In this document: piece by piece, positions 1 to 11,998 of the stretch
Layout of the letters: every line of letters starts with the position of its first letter
Position numbering within the stretch: the stretch's first letter is position 1
Assembly (NCBI GenBank): GCA_020184695.1
Contig: JAANOX010000035.1
Span: forward strand, 62,001-126,000
Direction: 5' to 3'
Length of the DNA: 64,000 bases
From: Histomonas meleagridis 2922-C6/04-290x
Lineage: Eukaryota > Protista > Parabasalia
Program-made: the position numbers and the translations under genes
Notes under the pieces: model-generated
The model's database searches: none
Told to the model about the DNA's origin: nothing
Seen by the model: the letters and a program-made list of their open reading frames with translations, nothing else

Positions 1-283
1 CATCCTTACGTGGGAATGCGCCAACGAGGAATGCTACATCAACATCCTTGAAGGCAACTGCTGGGTCTGCTGTCTTGACAACACCAACAAGGTTTGGAAA
101 TGCGCAATCTGTAAGTTCCATTTCTACGCCATCAAGCTTTTGAAGTGCTTGTGGGATTTCAAGAAGATGAAGGATAACCTTCTTGTTACCTAAAAGATCA
201 CCAGCTGCAATGCGGAAAGCAAGAACATAGCCGATTTGGCCTGCAGCACCGGTAAGAACAACACGGACTGGTTCGTCACACAT
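1..283 (-). CDS. MDH: Cytosolic malate dehydrogenase, 5' part (runs off the window start; not in the ORF track)
   Basis: Manual translation from ATG at 283: [32 protein letters not shown]...MELTDCAFP...[15 protein letters not shown]. It has the Rossmann GAAGQIG motif. Arg92 in GAFPRKD matches the MDH-type specificity residue (Leu in trichomonad LDH). Confidence 0.93.
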   Translation of the reverse strand, partial: MCDEPVRVVLTGAAGQIGYVLAFRIAAGDLLGNKKVILHLLEIPQALQKLDGVEMELTDCAFPNLVGVVKTADPAVAFKDVDVAFLVGAFPRKD

Positions 284-286
284 GTC

Positions 287-298
287 AAAGTGAAATGA
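287..298 (-). promoter_or_regulatory. Tandem trichomonad-type initiator (Inr) upstream of MDH
   Basis: Minus strand reads TCATTTCACTTT-GAC-ATG, i.e. two TCAYT cores 3 nt before the start codon. Confidence 0.65.
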
Positions 299-425
299 CC
301 ATTCTCTTATCAATGTATACGACGGTTCTCCTTTGAAAATTCAATTAATTAATTGGGTGACCAATATTTTACAACGTGATGATCACAAATAACGTTCTTT
401 ATTATCGGCGAACGTTAAATTTTCT

Positions 426-1916
426 ATGATTATCTGTTTTTTTCCTTTCTTAGTATTCGCAACAGAAATATACACAGAAGTTAATGGTGATGAAAGCGAC
501 TTTTGTCATATATTACAGCCATGCTCATTTTCACGTGCTAAAGAAAATATTAAAAATGATGATATAGTATTTATTAAAGGTGATTATATTGGAGGAGCAA
601 ATGAATTAAACATGCTTGGCGATTTGTTTAATTATGGACTTTCAAAAGGTGTTACATTTCTAAGCGATAATTTAACAATTAATGGTTCAGAATATCAATC
701 CAATAGTCTTTCCTTTATTATTGTACAAGGTGCAACAAATTCTCGTATCCATAATTTTCATTTTACATGTTTTCATACAACCATTGCATGTTTTCGAACA
801 GTTGAAAAAGGTGTATTTTCTGATACAACATTTACACATAATCACGTAAAAAATGGTATTGGTCTTTTATGCTTTGGTGTTGGGAAATGCAAACTTGATA
901 ATTGTTATATTTCCGAAAACAGTGTCACTAACACATCACTCATTTCTATGTTTTCCACACATTTATATCTTAACATGACAATTATTGAACGAAATCATGT
1001 ACTTCATAATACTCGACAATCTCTACTTTTTGCCATTAATTCTGTTTGTGAATATACTAACACGACCATTCGTAACAACGTATCTCCTTTTTCCCCATTA
1101 CATCGATTTGAGTTTCGATCATGTTTTGGTTTTTGGAATTGTACATTTGAGAATAATAATCATCCTGAGATTATGTTGTGTGATGGCACATGTGAGTTTA
1201 ATTTCACTAACACAAGTGTTCTGAATAACAATGGCGTTTTCTTAGCGACTTCAATTGGTTCCATTGTTACCATCAACAAAACCGAAATTATTAACAACTT
1301 CAGTGGCAAAATGCCACTTTTCTATTTACCCGGCGGTAATTTCTATGTTTCCACGACTTCTACTTTTAAAGGAAATATTGGAAATTCACTTGTTGACTTA
1401 AAGGGTACTAAATCATTAATTGATATTCGGAAAGTAAAATTCATTAGAAATAAAATGAATGATTTTATTATGTCATTTGATTTTAATAGTAATGTTCACA
1501 TTCAAAATTCGATTTTTAATGCAAATGATGTAATGAATGGCGCAATATTAGAAAATATTAATTCGTCATTGAAGATCGAAGAAACAAAATTTTCGGGTAA
1601 TAAGAATGTTGATGTTAACTTAAGTAATAACGCATTTGTGGATATGTTTCATTGCGTGTTTAAAAATAATAGTAACATATATATAAAGGCCGATGAAACA
1701 TCAAAGGTAACTGTGTCTTACTCGAATTTTTATGGAATCAACTTCTTCGATATTAAGGGTCACAAAATTTTGAAGCATTTGAAAACGAACAACTCGGATA
1801 ACTTGAATGAAAGTAATAACGTCGTTTTGTCTTTAGTATTGTTGCTTGTGATTGTTATGCTGCTTGGATACATTTTGTTTAGGAAAAAGTTCGAATACTG
1901 TTTGAAGATTTTATAA
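426..1916 (+). CDS. Type I membrane/surface protein with a right-handed beta-helix (pectin-lyase/Pmp-like) ectodomain
   Basis: Hydrophobic N-terminus, recurring F-x-N-N and I-x-N-x-x-F motifs, C-terminal TM VVLSLVLLLVIVMLLGYILF followed by basic RKK. Confidence 0.6.
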   Translation: MIICFFPFLVFATEIYTEVNGDESDFCHILQPCSFSRAKENIKNDDIVFIKGDYIGGANELNMLGDLFNYGLSKGVTFLSDNLTINGSEYQSNSLSFIIVQGATNSRIHNFHFTCFHTTIACFRTVEKGVFSDTTFTHNHVKNGIGLLCFGVGKCKLDNCYISENSVTNTSLISMFSTHLYLNMTIIERNHVLHNTRQSLLFAINSVCEYTNTTIRNNVSPFSPLHRFEFRSCFGFWNCTFENNNHPEIMLCDGTCEFNFTNTSVLNNNGVFLATSIGSIVTINKTEIINNFSGKMPLFYLPGGNFYVSTTSTFKGNIGNSLVDLKGTKSLIDIRKVKFIRNKMNDFIMSFDFNSNVHIQNSIFNANDVMNGAILENINSSLKIEETKFSGNKNVDVNLSNNAFVDMFHCVFKNNSNIYIKADETSKVTVSYSNFYGINFFDIKGHKILKHLKTNNSDNLNESNNVVLSLVLLLVIVMLLGYILFRKKFEYCLKIL

Positions 1917-2472
1917 AAATTGTTTGTAAGTAAATAGATATTATGTTTTTTATATATGAAATCAGTATGACAATTGAGTAAAAATAGTTCGGTTTTGGTG
2001 TATAACATTTTTTTACTTATGTTTAATACCGAAACTATAATATGATGAAAAAAGTACTTTCAGAATATATAAGAACAATAAAAACGATGTTATATGTAAT
2101 GCAATATGGTTACAGATTAATTTTTATTTTTTGTAAGGTGACTAAGTTTCATTAATTAGTTAGATGAAGAATATGAGTGAGATTATAATCTTTTTTAAGC
2201 TATTTGCTAAATAATCGCGTAATTCAAGAATTAATTTTTAGTTTTGAGTAACTAACATGTTGGACTATAACTTGGAATACTTTCCATATCCAAACATCTA
2301 TTTGAAATATGGAGTTTTAGATGTAAATATAAATGAAATAGTTAAATTAAAAAAAGTTAAATCGCTTCAAACCAAAATAATAATTGCATTCTCTTAAATT
2401 AACACTAAATCGAAAATGTAAAAATTAACAAAATCAAAATATTTACAAAAGTGAAAGTTTTACTTTTAAAAT

Positions 2473-4246
2473 TCATTCTCCGTCAATTTTACCCTTAACA
2501 ACTGGTACATTACAAAACTGCACATCTTTATAGTTATGTTTCACCATCACTTCCTTAACTTTCGTATTACCAAACACATAATTATTTCCGGGTGAATTAG
2601 TACCATAGTAATGCACGCATCTTAAATTGACGCAATTATCAAATGCAGAACTTCCGATGTAACGAACATTTTCTCTGATAATTACATTAACCAAATTATA
2701 TGCGTAAGCGAATGCGTTTTTCTCGATTTTATTCACGAAAGTTGGAACTACAAATGTATTATTACTAATCGAAGGCGGATAACGAATTATCACTGAGTTA
2801 TCTTTATTCCAAAGGATATCATCGTTATTTAAATATTTAAATTGGAATAAATTGGATTTTCTTTATTTACTTTAATAGACAATATGTTATTACATAACTC
2901 AAATGCATTTTCTTCAATTGTTGTTAATGATTTCGATATCGATACATAAGTTAAGTTTAGACATTTATAAAACGCTTGTTGGCCAATATACCGTAAATTA
3001 GGTCCAAATGTTAATAACTTTAAGCTTTCACAACTACAAAATGCTTGGCTACAAATTGTTTGCAAATTTTCGTTAAAAGTAATTTTTTCTAGTTTGGATG
3101 AAAAGAAAAATGAGATGTTACCAATGATTTGGACATTTTTACCAAATTTAACTTCTTTCAAATTAGAAGTGTAATAAAATGAATAATCACCAATTGTTTT
3201 AACATTATCATTCATTATAACTTTACTTAAGCTTTTACAATAATAAAATGCAGATTCACAAATTGTTTCTAAACATTCTCCAAATTGTACCGTTTCTAAT
3301 TTTACGCATGAAGTAAATGCGAATTTATTAATTGTCTTTAAGCCATTTCCAAGTCGAACTGTTTCTAAGTTTATACATTGAGAAAATCCATATTCATTGA
3401 TCATTTTAACTGAATCAGGAATGTTAATGTTAATAATGTTACAATTATCAAATAAACAATGACTGATAGATGTAAGTGAATTAGATAATTTTATACATTT
3501 TAAACTTGATTTACAAAATGTAGCATTTCCAATTGTCGTGACCGAGTCTGGAAGTGTTATGCTTTCTAACATTTTGCAATATTCAAATGCTGACTCACTA
3601 ATTGTTTTTAATTGATTTTTAAATATAATTTTCGTTAATTTCCTACATTTTTCAAAAGCTGATGAGCCTATCGATTTTAATGCATTTGGAAGTCGGATTT
3701 CTTGAATATCTGTGAACGAAAATAAATGTGATTCAATGGTTTCAACGTTTTCGGGAATATTGATTGTGCAATTGAGAAGAGAAAGCTCAAACGCAGAAGC
3801 ACCTATTGTCCTTAGACTGTTCGGAAATATGATCTCCGTCAAAGTATCGCAATTTGAAAAAGCATTTGAACCAATGATTTGGAAGCTTTGACCGAATATA
3901 ACTTTTTTGAGATAAAAACATAGGTGAAATGCATTGGAGCCAATAGATATGACTGATTGGAGATCAGCTATTACCAAACTGGCTAGTGAAAAGGAGGAAT
4001 CACCAATTATTGTAACTTTTGGCCCGCATACAACTGTGTTTAATTTTTTCCAATAATGGAATGATTTGTATGGGACAATATCAACATCTTCTGCAAAATG
4101 AAGTGTGATGGTATCACTTTTAAAATTCTTATAAGTACCTTTCTCAAGGTCGTTAGTAATTGTTAACAATTAACAATTAAGGTTCCATTTTCTTTAATGA
4201 ATTTTTGAAGAGAAAGATGAAAGAAAAATGCAAAAAGCAAAAGCAT
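2473..4246 (-). pseudogene. BspA-like (LRR_5/TpLRR) surface protein gene broken by two short insertions
   Basis: ATG at 4246 gives signal-like MLLLFAFFFHLSLQ...ENGT. Removing 14 bp at 4167-4180 restores ENGTLTITND into ORF 2829-4169 (many IxxxAFxxCxxL repeats). Removing 8 bp at 2826-2833 restores YSNLNNDDILWNKDNSVIIRYP into ORF 2473-2793. Confidence 0.85.
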
Positions 4247-4510
4247 TGCTTCTAACGTTAAAACATTTATATTGACGGTTGTCGTATTTTGTTTTTGTCA
4301 ATGGATAATTTTGCCAAAAATATGTAATTTATTCAAAAAGATGAAAAATTTGAATGCAAATTCACATTTTTAGTTTGATCAACATGAAGGTAATTTGTTG
4401 TCAAATAAACCAAAAATAACTTTACATAAATTTTATGCATTTTAAAAATCAATTCCAAAACACGTATAATTAAAAGCATTTTTAAACATACACAATTTCA
4501 ACAAATATAA

Positions 4511-5569
4511 TCATTCGATGTCAGAGAGCCATTGTAGTTTTTCCTCCTGAAGCAAAAGCCTTTTATCTAATGACTTCATTGTTGATGCAAGTGCAACGAG
4601 TTGTCGGCGCATTCGATCAATTGCCTGAACGATGTCTCCTCCATCAAATTCGAGTGACATTGGATCAATTGGATCGTCTTCGCTTCTGAATGAGCAAATC
4701 TTTCTGTCTTCCCCTGTGGTAACAAATCCTTTACCGGAAGGATACCAACAGCAACTAAGGATTGGTGCATCATGATGTGAAAAAGTTGCCATTATACTCG
4801 CAGCTTTAAGATCCCAAAGTCTTGCAAAGCAATCATTTCCAACACTCAATAGTGTATCATTAAATGGATTAAAAGCAACTTTTGTGATTGGTGCTGTATG
4901 CGCAGCATGACGTTGAAGCAATGTGGAAGTACGTAAATCCCATATACGTATCATTTGATCAAATGATCCTCCTGCAATGCATTGAGATGAATTGTGAAAT
5001 GAAATGGAGGTTATGTCAGCGGTTGTGCCGGTTGGAATCGATTGGAAATGTTTTGGTACTCGAGTATCAAATAAAAGAATTCTATTATCATTTCCAGCAA
5101 CTGCAATTGTGTTTTGATGCCATTTTACATCTCGAACCCATCCTTTAAGCCCTGTTAAAACTTGGCGTTTAGTAAAATGATTGAGAGACCATACAACAGC
5201 TGTTTTGTCATTAGAACCTGTCACAATAGAACGTCCATTTGGTGACCAGCAAATAGAACGAACTGTAAGTTGATGTCCTTTTAAGATACCAACATTTTCT
5301 GTTGTTTTGGAATTCCATAAAATTGTTGTTCCATCATTGGAACTACTTGCAAGCTGCATTGCATTTGGTGAAAACGAGACACACTTTATATTATCTTGAT
5401 GACCTCTAAGATATTGTGTTTTTTTTGTTTGGAGATTTGTTAATCCAACACTTCTATCTGATGAACCTGTTGCTAAAAGAGTTAAATCTGGACTTACGTC
5501 AATTGAATTTATTGAGGATGTGTGTCTTTTGATTTGGAAGTTTTGCTTCCACATTAATAAACGTTTCAT
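4511..5569 (-). CDS. POC1: POC1-like centriolar WD40 protein
   Basis: About 7 WD40 repeats (GH...W) plus a C-terminal coiled coil VQAIDRMRRQLVALASTMKSLDKRLLLQEEKL resembling the Poc1 motif. Confidence 0.75.
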   Translation of the reverse strand: MKRLLMWKQNFQIKRHTSSINSIDVSPDLTLLATGSSDRSVGLTNLQTKKTQYLRGHQDNIKCVSFSPNAMQLASSSNDGTTILWNSKTTENVGILKGHQLTVRSICWSPNGRSIVTGSNDKTAVVWSLNHFTKRQVLTGLKGWVRDVKWHQNTIAVAGNDNRILLFDTRVPKHFQSIPTGTTADITSISFHNSSQCIAGGSFDQMIRIWDLRTSTLLQRHAAHTAPITKVAFNPFNDTLLSVGNDCFARLWDLKAASIMATFSHHDAPILSCCWYPSGKGFVTTGEDRKICSFRSEDDPIDPMSLEFDGGDIVQAIDRMRRQLVALASTMKSLDKRLLLQEEKLQWLSDIE

Positions 5570-5889
5570 TTAAATTCAATTCTGGCCGTTTACTATTTCG
5601 TTCGAAATCTTTGAACCAATTAAATCTCTCTTCTCACCAATATCATGATTATTTATTCACAAAGTTTTTTCTGTATTTTTAATTTGCTTTGATTTTTTAT
5701 ACTCTTAATAAATAAACAGAATATATTCAAATTAATTTAATCAAAAAAATCAAACAAAATATATACTTTCACATTTATTGAGTTAGTAAATCAATATTTA
5801 TGATGGAATCAAGTAATAACTACTCTTATGATATGAAAATCATTTAAAATCTTCTTCCGACATGTGACATGAAATGATTTCCAATCAAA

Positions 5890-8800
5890 ATGGATGCTTT
5901 TTTTGTACTTACAAATAATTTTAAGCATCCATATCCAATACAATTATGGATGACTTCTTCATTTAATGACAAATCTTATTTGTTGACACATGATGGAGTT
6001 AAGCTTCGATTATTTGATTTTATTTCACAGCAATGCTTAAAAGAAATCAATTATGTTAAAAACAGTACCGCTTCAATTGGAATTCCAATTCAACATCCAG
6101 CCCTTCCAAATCAAACGTTATTTTTAATCTTGAAAAATCGAAGATTTATTTGTGGATTTGATGAAGATTTAAAACCAATTAAATCACTCACTGTTGACAC
6201 ATCCATTATTGTTTTATCTATGGTTTATTCATTTGAAAAACAAATATTATATGTATCAGGTCAATTTGGATGGATTCGTGCCTTAAAATTAAAAATCACA
6301 GTACCAGTTACAGGCCCATCTTGTGAATGGACGCCTGTTTGGACTAATCATGAAAGTGGTCAATGGGTTCAACACATGACAATTATTGAACAACAACATA
6401 AAATTCTCGGTTCATCAGGAACGGAAATCTTTGTTTTTTCCATTGATACAGGACAGCTTCTATTACGTTTTGATACCAAACATTCATCAGCCATTACCTC
6501 AGTTCGCTTTTCAAATGAAAATTTATTACTACTTACAAGTTCTTCTGATGGCACTGTTAAACTATGGCGTATATATGATTCCAAAGCCAACAATGTTAAC
6601 ATAATTAAGCAACAACAACACATTGGCCCAATTCTTCTTGAAGTTGATAACTTATCTTTTTTTTCCCTATCCAACGAAAAGATTATTCGTCGTTATAACA
6701 TATTAACGGGGAGTTTATTAGGATTTTTAGATATAAATCTCATTGATCCATCCGAACATCAAGACAATGATGCGCCGATCAAAACCCAACTTTTGTATAC
6801 AAACCGTCGCTCGAAAGAGTGGCTTTTTCAGAGCCAAAACAACTCATTAAAAATGTATGAATGTTTATATGCACCACGTGAATTAGCCATTTGTTGTGAT
6901 ATTGTTAAATTTTTATGTGTTGATTGTCATGATCGGATCTTTGCTTTATGTATAAATAACATATTACATATGTTTTATCCAGATGGTAAAGAAGGAAAAA
7001 CATTTGATATTGATACAATGTCAATCACAAATCCAACGACATATCAAATTATACCATCTACGATTACATCGGTTCATTTTGAAGATGAACATTTATATTT
7101 TGGTTATGAGAATGGAGACATTAAAATGTTTAATTTAGAAACAGAAAAGTTATATATAATGACCGAATCGGATAAAAATAACTTAATAACATCGATATGT
7201 TTAGGCACTGATTTCTTAACTACGCGACATCCATATTGCCAAAACAGTCCTGAAACACATTATTTATTATTCGACACAAATAAAATGGGCGGATTTACTA
7301 TATATTGTCCGATATGTTATAACTTTATAACATCGTGGAAATTACCACAAAAGAACATAATCCAAATGATACAACTTAAACCTAAAGATATATTAGTAAC
7401 ATTAAATAATGAAAGTCTTTATTTTTATAAACCATCTGAAAATTTATTAAAAATAATTTATAAAATAGAATTCGATGAATATGAAAATGCAATTTGTTTT
7501 ACGTTAGCTACAAATGATTTAATTATTGTTGGAATGGAATCAGGTAAAGGTATTATATATAAAATGAATTTTAATGATGAAAATTTTAAAGTTAAAGAAG
7601 TACAAACTTTAAGATTACATAATACTTCAATCACTAAAATTATTTCTTGTAAAGATTTAAAAAATTCAATCGAATGTAATAAAATTTATGATTCTTTAGA
7701 TATCGATGGTATTGTTTGTTCGTTGGCTATCGATGATACATTTAAAGTAATCGATTGTTTAACTGGAATTATTATGTATTCGTGTGAATTACCAAAACAT
7801 TCATTTGAGCATTCGGTGTCTTTTATATATCATTCGAGAATAATGTTAATTGTGTCGATTGATAAAAACCTTCGATTATTTGATTGGCCGAATTTAACTC
7901 GGAAAAAATTAAATGAAATTAATAATGAAAATAATTTCGATAAAGAAAATATTAATAAAAAAGAAACAAATGAAAATAATTTCGATAAAGAAAATAAAAA
8001 TGAGAATATTTTAAATAATAATGATGAAACTAATAATAATAATAATTCGGAATCAAAAGAAGATGAAGAACAAAATGAAATAATTTCCAAAATTTTAGAA
8101 GAAAATGATAAAAATATTTTTTCACAAAATAAAAAAGAAAAGAAAAACGTAAAACGTAAAGTACAGAAACCGGTTTTAAATAAATCAATAAAAAAAATCC
8201 TAAAAATTCAAAATGATGATGTAAAAAGTCAACAAAAATCAGAAAGTGAACCTTCAACAACACGAAATCCAATAAATTTTAATGAAACACTTGAACATAA
8301 TCAAGAAATCATTACCAATTTTAACATTAATGAAGAAATAACACAAAAGAATTCACATAAACAAAAAAATACCACGAAAAATAATAATAAAACAAAGAAT
8401 TATATGAATGAAGAAGAATATTTACGAAATTTATTTAATTTTAATATTAAAAATTATCAAATATCAAAACCTAAACCTAAAATTAAGAAATCATATTCAG
8501 AGAAAAACAATTTAATATTAAACTTACCAAATAATTTAGAAGCTATTAAACCTATTGGACAACGTAAGACTTTCATCAAACAAAATGATATTAATTTCGA
8601 ATATGGAAATCAAAACACTTCAAAATTAACAATCGAATTATTAAAACGACTTTCGAAACTAAGTCAAAATAGTTCTAATTCAGAAGAAGCAAATTATTTA
8701 CTTCAAAAGTCATTAAATGATTTATATACAAAAAGGAATAAACATAATAAATCTTATCTAATTCAAGATGATGAATTAATCGGATTACCAATTATCACAT

Positions 8801-11541
8801 TAACAACACAAGGAATATCAATCGGCGCAAATGGCCGACGATTCTTTAATGCTGATAAATATACAAAGCGATATTTCGATAAGTTAAAAAACATTTCTAA
8901 AATTAAATCGACGAATTCATTTGATCAAAAGCAATATAAACATTGGGAAAACATATTATTTGATAAAATCACTAACAAACAAAACAATAAAAATAATAAT
9001 AATAATAACAAAAGTCAAACTAAAAGTAAAAGTAAAACTAATTTCGAAGAAGAAGAACAAATCGATGAATATTTAGAAGAAATTTTCATACCGAAATTTA
9101 AGTCGAATGATAACTTTGATATCTTTAAATCGAAAAACTCTGATATCAAAGAATTAATTAATAACACGCCATCATTAAAAACATTATCAGAACTTGACAC
9201 TGATTCTAAAAATAATAATAATGAAAATGAAAATGATGATGATGATGATAATCCAATATTAAAATTGGTACAAAATTCTCCTTCATATACACCAGAAGAA
9301 CTTAAACAACAAATTAATCAAGAAAGAGTTGAAACACTAAATCAATGGAAGACAACTAATCAAACATTAAATGAAACACCCGAAAACATGAACATCAATC
9401 ATAAGTTTTCATTCGAAGGTTTAACGAAACTTCCGAAATTTGATGGAAACTTAAGACCTGCATCACCACGTCCTACAGATGTCTTAGCCTTGTTTAAGAG
9501 CCAATTATCATTAGATGAATTATTACCAGTGATATCAGAAGAATCATTTGATTCAAGTAATAATACTTATGAAGAAGAAATAATTGAAGAAGTCGATGAA
9601 GAAAAATCGGAAAATTCAAATAATCAAAATCAACAACAAATGAAAAATGATAATTTAAGTGATCAATATCAATCAGTGATTAAAGAACAATTCCAAAAAA
9701 ATGATTTTAACGCATTAAAGGATTTGTTATTAGAAGTCGGACTATTAAATGAAAATGGTTTAATTAATTTACCTAAATGGCAACCAAACTTTCATTATGA
9801 TCAAAGTAAGAAATATGAATTAACAAAAGATCATTTTAAGTTGACGGAAAACATTAATGAAAATGATGAAAATAATAAAATTAACAAAATTAAACTCTCG
9901 AAAAGTTTGAAATATATTAAAAAAACTGATCAACTCGAACATAACTCAACTTTGCTGATCAAAAGTAAATCGACGAAAACTTCAGTTAATACATTTGAAC
10001 TTGGGAAAGACGCAAATGCATTCTCCGACTCCATAATAACGCAAAGCAACGACAGTAACATCAATGTCATTAACAACAACTTAAATTATGTTATTGATAA
10101 TGAAAATGTTTCATCATTAAATAACTTAAATGATGAAAATGTAAATAATTTGGATGAAAACAGTTTAAGTTATAACATCGACAATGAAAATGTAAATAAT
10201 TTGGATGAAAATAGTTCAAATGATATCATTGATAATAATAATAAGAAGAAGAAGAAGAGTTTTCATAATAATAAATTAACAAAACTTCAAAAGAAAACAG
10301 AAAACGCGTTGAAGAAGATAATGCCGAACAATAAAATCTTCAAATCGAGAAATATGGAAATGAAATTAATGAAACGAATCAAAGAAATAAACAAAATTAA
10401 TTCACTTGGAACAAGTAAAAAGTTAATAAAACAAAACAAGAAACTGATACATAACGAAAATCATAAAATCAAAAATAAAACGAATTCATTAAAGTCAATC
10501 GAAATCGTTGACAATATAATGCAAAACATTAAATTGTCGCGAACTTCAAGTTTCAGTAGTTTGTATCTGCCGACGAAATTAGAGCCATTTAATGAAGAAG
10601 AAGAAGAAGAATATGTCGATGAAGAAGAAGAAGAATATGAATATGATTATGAATATGAATATGTTAATGAAGAAGAAGAAGAAAATGAAAAGAAAATCAA
10701 AAAATTAAAACCAAAATTTGAAATCAAAAAATTTAATGATAAAAATAATAATAAAAATAATGAAAAAAACGAAAAAAGAAATGAAATAGTCGATAATAAA
10801 TATAAAAAAGGTGAATACTCTGTAATGCCATTAAAAATTAAAAGAACTCCGCAACAAAGAATTAGAACACTTCAAAGGAGAACAAAAACAGTTCAAGAAA
10901 AACAATTAAATGAACAAAAAAATAAAGAAACTCAGCAAATAACCGACGCATCAAATTTGACATCAAATGTAACAACGAACGATACGTCGAATGAAATGAA
11001 TACGAAAGAAACAACAAATAAAAACATTGAGAATAATAATAATAACAACAACAAAAGTAAAAGAAATGTTTTACATATCCAAAAAAGACATAAACAAAAT
11101 AATAAAATAAAACAACAAAAATCAAACAAAAAGAAATTACCGAAAAAAGAAATAAATAATAATATAAATGTAAATAATGATAATAATGAAATTGAAGACG
11201 AAGAAGAATTTGGAAATATACTGAAAGAAATTCCTTTAATTCAGGATATAACAATCGATATAACGAAAAGTAATGAACAAAATGGGAAACTCGCAAATAA
11301 CGTGAAATTGTTCGGCCCATTCGAAATGTATTCGAAAAATAAAATGAAATTAAACGAAAATAAAGTCAAAAGAAGTAATTCAACAAACGATTTAATGAAA
11401 AATAGAAAAATTTGCGATAGAAAACAAATAAAAATGTTCGAAAACGTGGAAACAAATGAAATCCGAAACGTTTTCTTGTCGTATAATAATAATTCGCTTT
11501 GGGATTATAACACAGGAAAATTGTTTAGAAACTCGGAATAA
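5890..11541 (+). CDS. Large uncharacterised protein: N-terminal WD40-like propellers plus ~1200 aa N/K/E-rich low-complexity tail
   Basis: 1883-aa open frame; WD-like HSSAITSVRFS...LLTSSSDGTVKLWRI and HNTSITKII...; poly-N, poly-E and short internal duplications in the tail. Confidence 0.7.
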   Translation: MDAFFVLTNNFKHPYPIQLWMTSSFNDKSYLLTHDGVKLRLFDFISQQCLKEINYVKNSTASIGIPIQHPALPNQTLFLILKNRRFICGFDEDLKPIKSLTVDTSIIVLSMVYSFEKQILYVSGQFGWIRALKLKITVPVTGPSCEWTPVWTNHESGQWVQHMTIIEQQHKILGSSGTEIFVFSIDTGQLLLRFDTKHSSAITSVRFSNENLLLLTSSSDGTVKLWRIYDSKANNVNIIKQQQHIGPILLEVDNLSFFSLSNEKIIRRYNILTGSLLGFLDINLIDPSEHQDNDAPIKTQLLYTNRRSKEWLFQSQNNSLKMYECLYAPRELAICCDIVKFLCVDCHDRIFALCINNILHMFYPDGKEGKTFDIDTMSITNPTTYQIIPSTITSVHFEDEHLYFGYENGDIKMFNLETEKLYIMTESDKNNLITSICLGTDFLTTRHPYCQNSPETHYLLFDTNKMGGFTIYCPICYNFITSWKLPQKNIIQMIQLKPKDILVTLNNESLYFYKPSENLLKIIYKIEFDEYENAICFTLATNDLIIVGMESGKGIIYKMNFNDENFKVKEVQTLRLHNTSITKIISCKDLKNSIECNKIYDSLDIDGIVCSLAIDDTFKVIDCLTGIIMYSCELPKHSFEHSVSFIYHSRIMLIVSIDKNLRLFDWPNLTRKKLNEINNENNFDKENINKKETNENNFDKENKNENILNNNDETNNNNNSESKEDEEQNEIISKILEENDKNIFSQNKKEKKNVKRKVQKPVLNKSIKKILKIQNDDVKSQQKSESEPSTTRNPINFNETLEHNQEIITNFNINEEITQKNSHKQKNTTKNNNKTKNYMNEEEYLRNLFNFNIKNYQISKPKPKIKKSYSEKNNLILNLPNNLEAIKPIGQRKTFIKQNDINFEYGNQNTSKLTIELLKRLSKLSQNSSNSEEANYLLQKSLNDLYTKRNKHNKSYLIQDDELIGLPIITLTTQGISIGANGRRFFNADKYTKRYFDKLKNISKIKSTNSFDQKQYKHWENILFDKITNKQNNKNNNNNNKSQTKSKSKTNFEEEEQIDEYLEEIFIPKFKSNDNFDIFKSKNSDIKELINNTPSLKTLSELDTDSKNNNNENENDDDDDNPILKLVQNSPSYTPEELKQQINQERVETLNQWKTTNQTLNETPENMNINHKFSFEGLTKLPKFDGNLRPASPRPTDVLALFKSQLSLDELLPVISEESFDSSNNTYEEEIIEEVDEEKSENSNNQNQQQMKNDNLSDQYQSVIKEQFQKNDFNALKDLLLEVGLLNENGLINLPKWQPNFHYDQSKKYELTKDHFKLTENINENDENNKINKIKLSKSLKYIKKTDQLEHNSTLLIKSKSTKTSVNTFELGKDANAFSDSIITQSNDSNINVINNNLNYVIDNENVSSLNNLNDENVNNLDENSLSYNIDNENVNNLDENSSNDIIDNNNKKKKKSFHNNKLTKLQKKTENALKKIMPNNKIFKSRNMEMKLMKRIKEINKINSLGTSKKLIKQNKKLIHNENHKIKNKTNSLKSIEIVDNIMQNIKLSRTSSFSSLYLPTKLEPFNEEEEEEYVDEEEEEYEYDYEYEYVNEEEEENEKKIKKLKPKFEIKKFNDKNNNKNNEKNEKRNEIVDNKYKKGEYSVMPLKIKRTPQQRIRTLQRRTKTVQEKQLNEQKNKETQQITDASNLTSNVTTNDTSNEMNTKETTNKNIENNNNNNNKSKRNVLHIQKRHKQNNKIKQQKSNKKKLPKKEINNNINVNNDNNEIEDEEEFGNILKEIPLIQDITIDITKSNEQNGKLANNVKLFGPFEMYSKNKMKLNENKVKRSNSTNDLMKNRKICDRKQIKMFENVETNEIRNVFLSYNNNSLWDYNTGKLFRNSE

Positions 11542-11998
11542 AAATTATTGTTTGTATTAAATATTGTTTTTATATGTGTAAAATCTTTTTGCTTTAATGT
11601 ATATAATAACATTTTCTATTCCAAATATTAAATGGGAACAATGAGAAGAATCATAAAGTTGATATCACGCACATTATTGTTATTTGAGTGTAATGTAAGA
11701 GCAATTTATGGAAATTAATAATATTAGTAGATGACCAAAAGGACAAATATTCGTTGAATACACACAGCATATTGAAGCACTTAAATTTACCATCATCAGC
11801 TCCTTCGAAGAAATGCAATGGACAGAGATTTAAGTACCAATTTCGATATGTTCGAGGATGATGGAGATGATTTTAATCTGAATATTGAACAGTATCACAT
11901 CAAGGTTTGGTTAAAACCTTTTTAAACATTTTACAGTAAGAAGAGTAACAAAATTTATCGCATTTATTTATTTATTTAAAACATAATATTTCAGGTAT

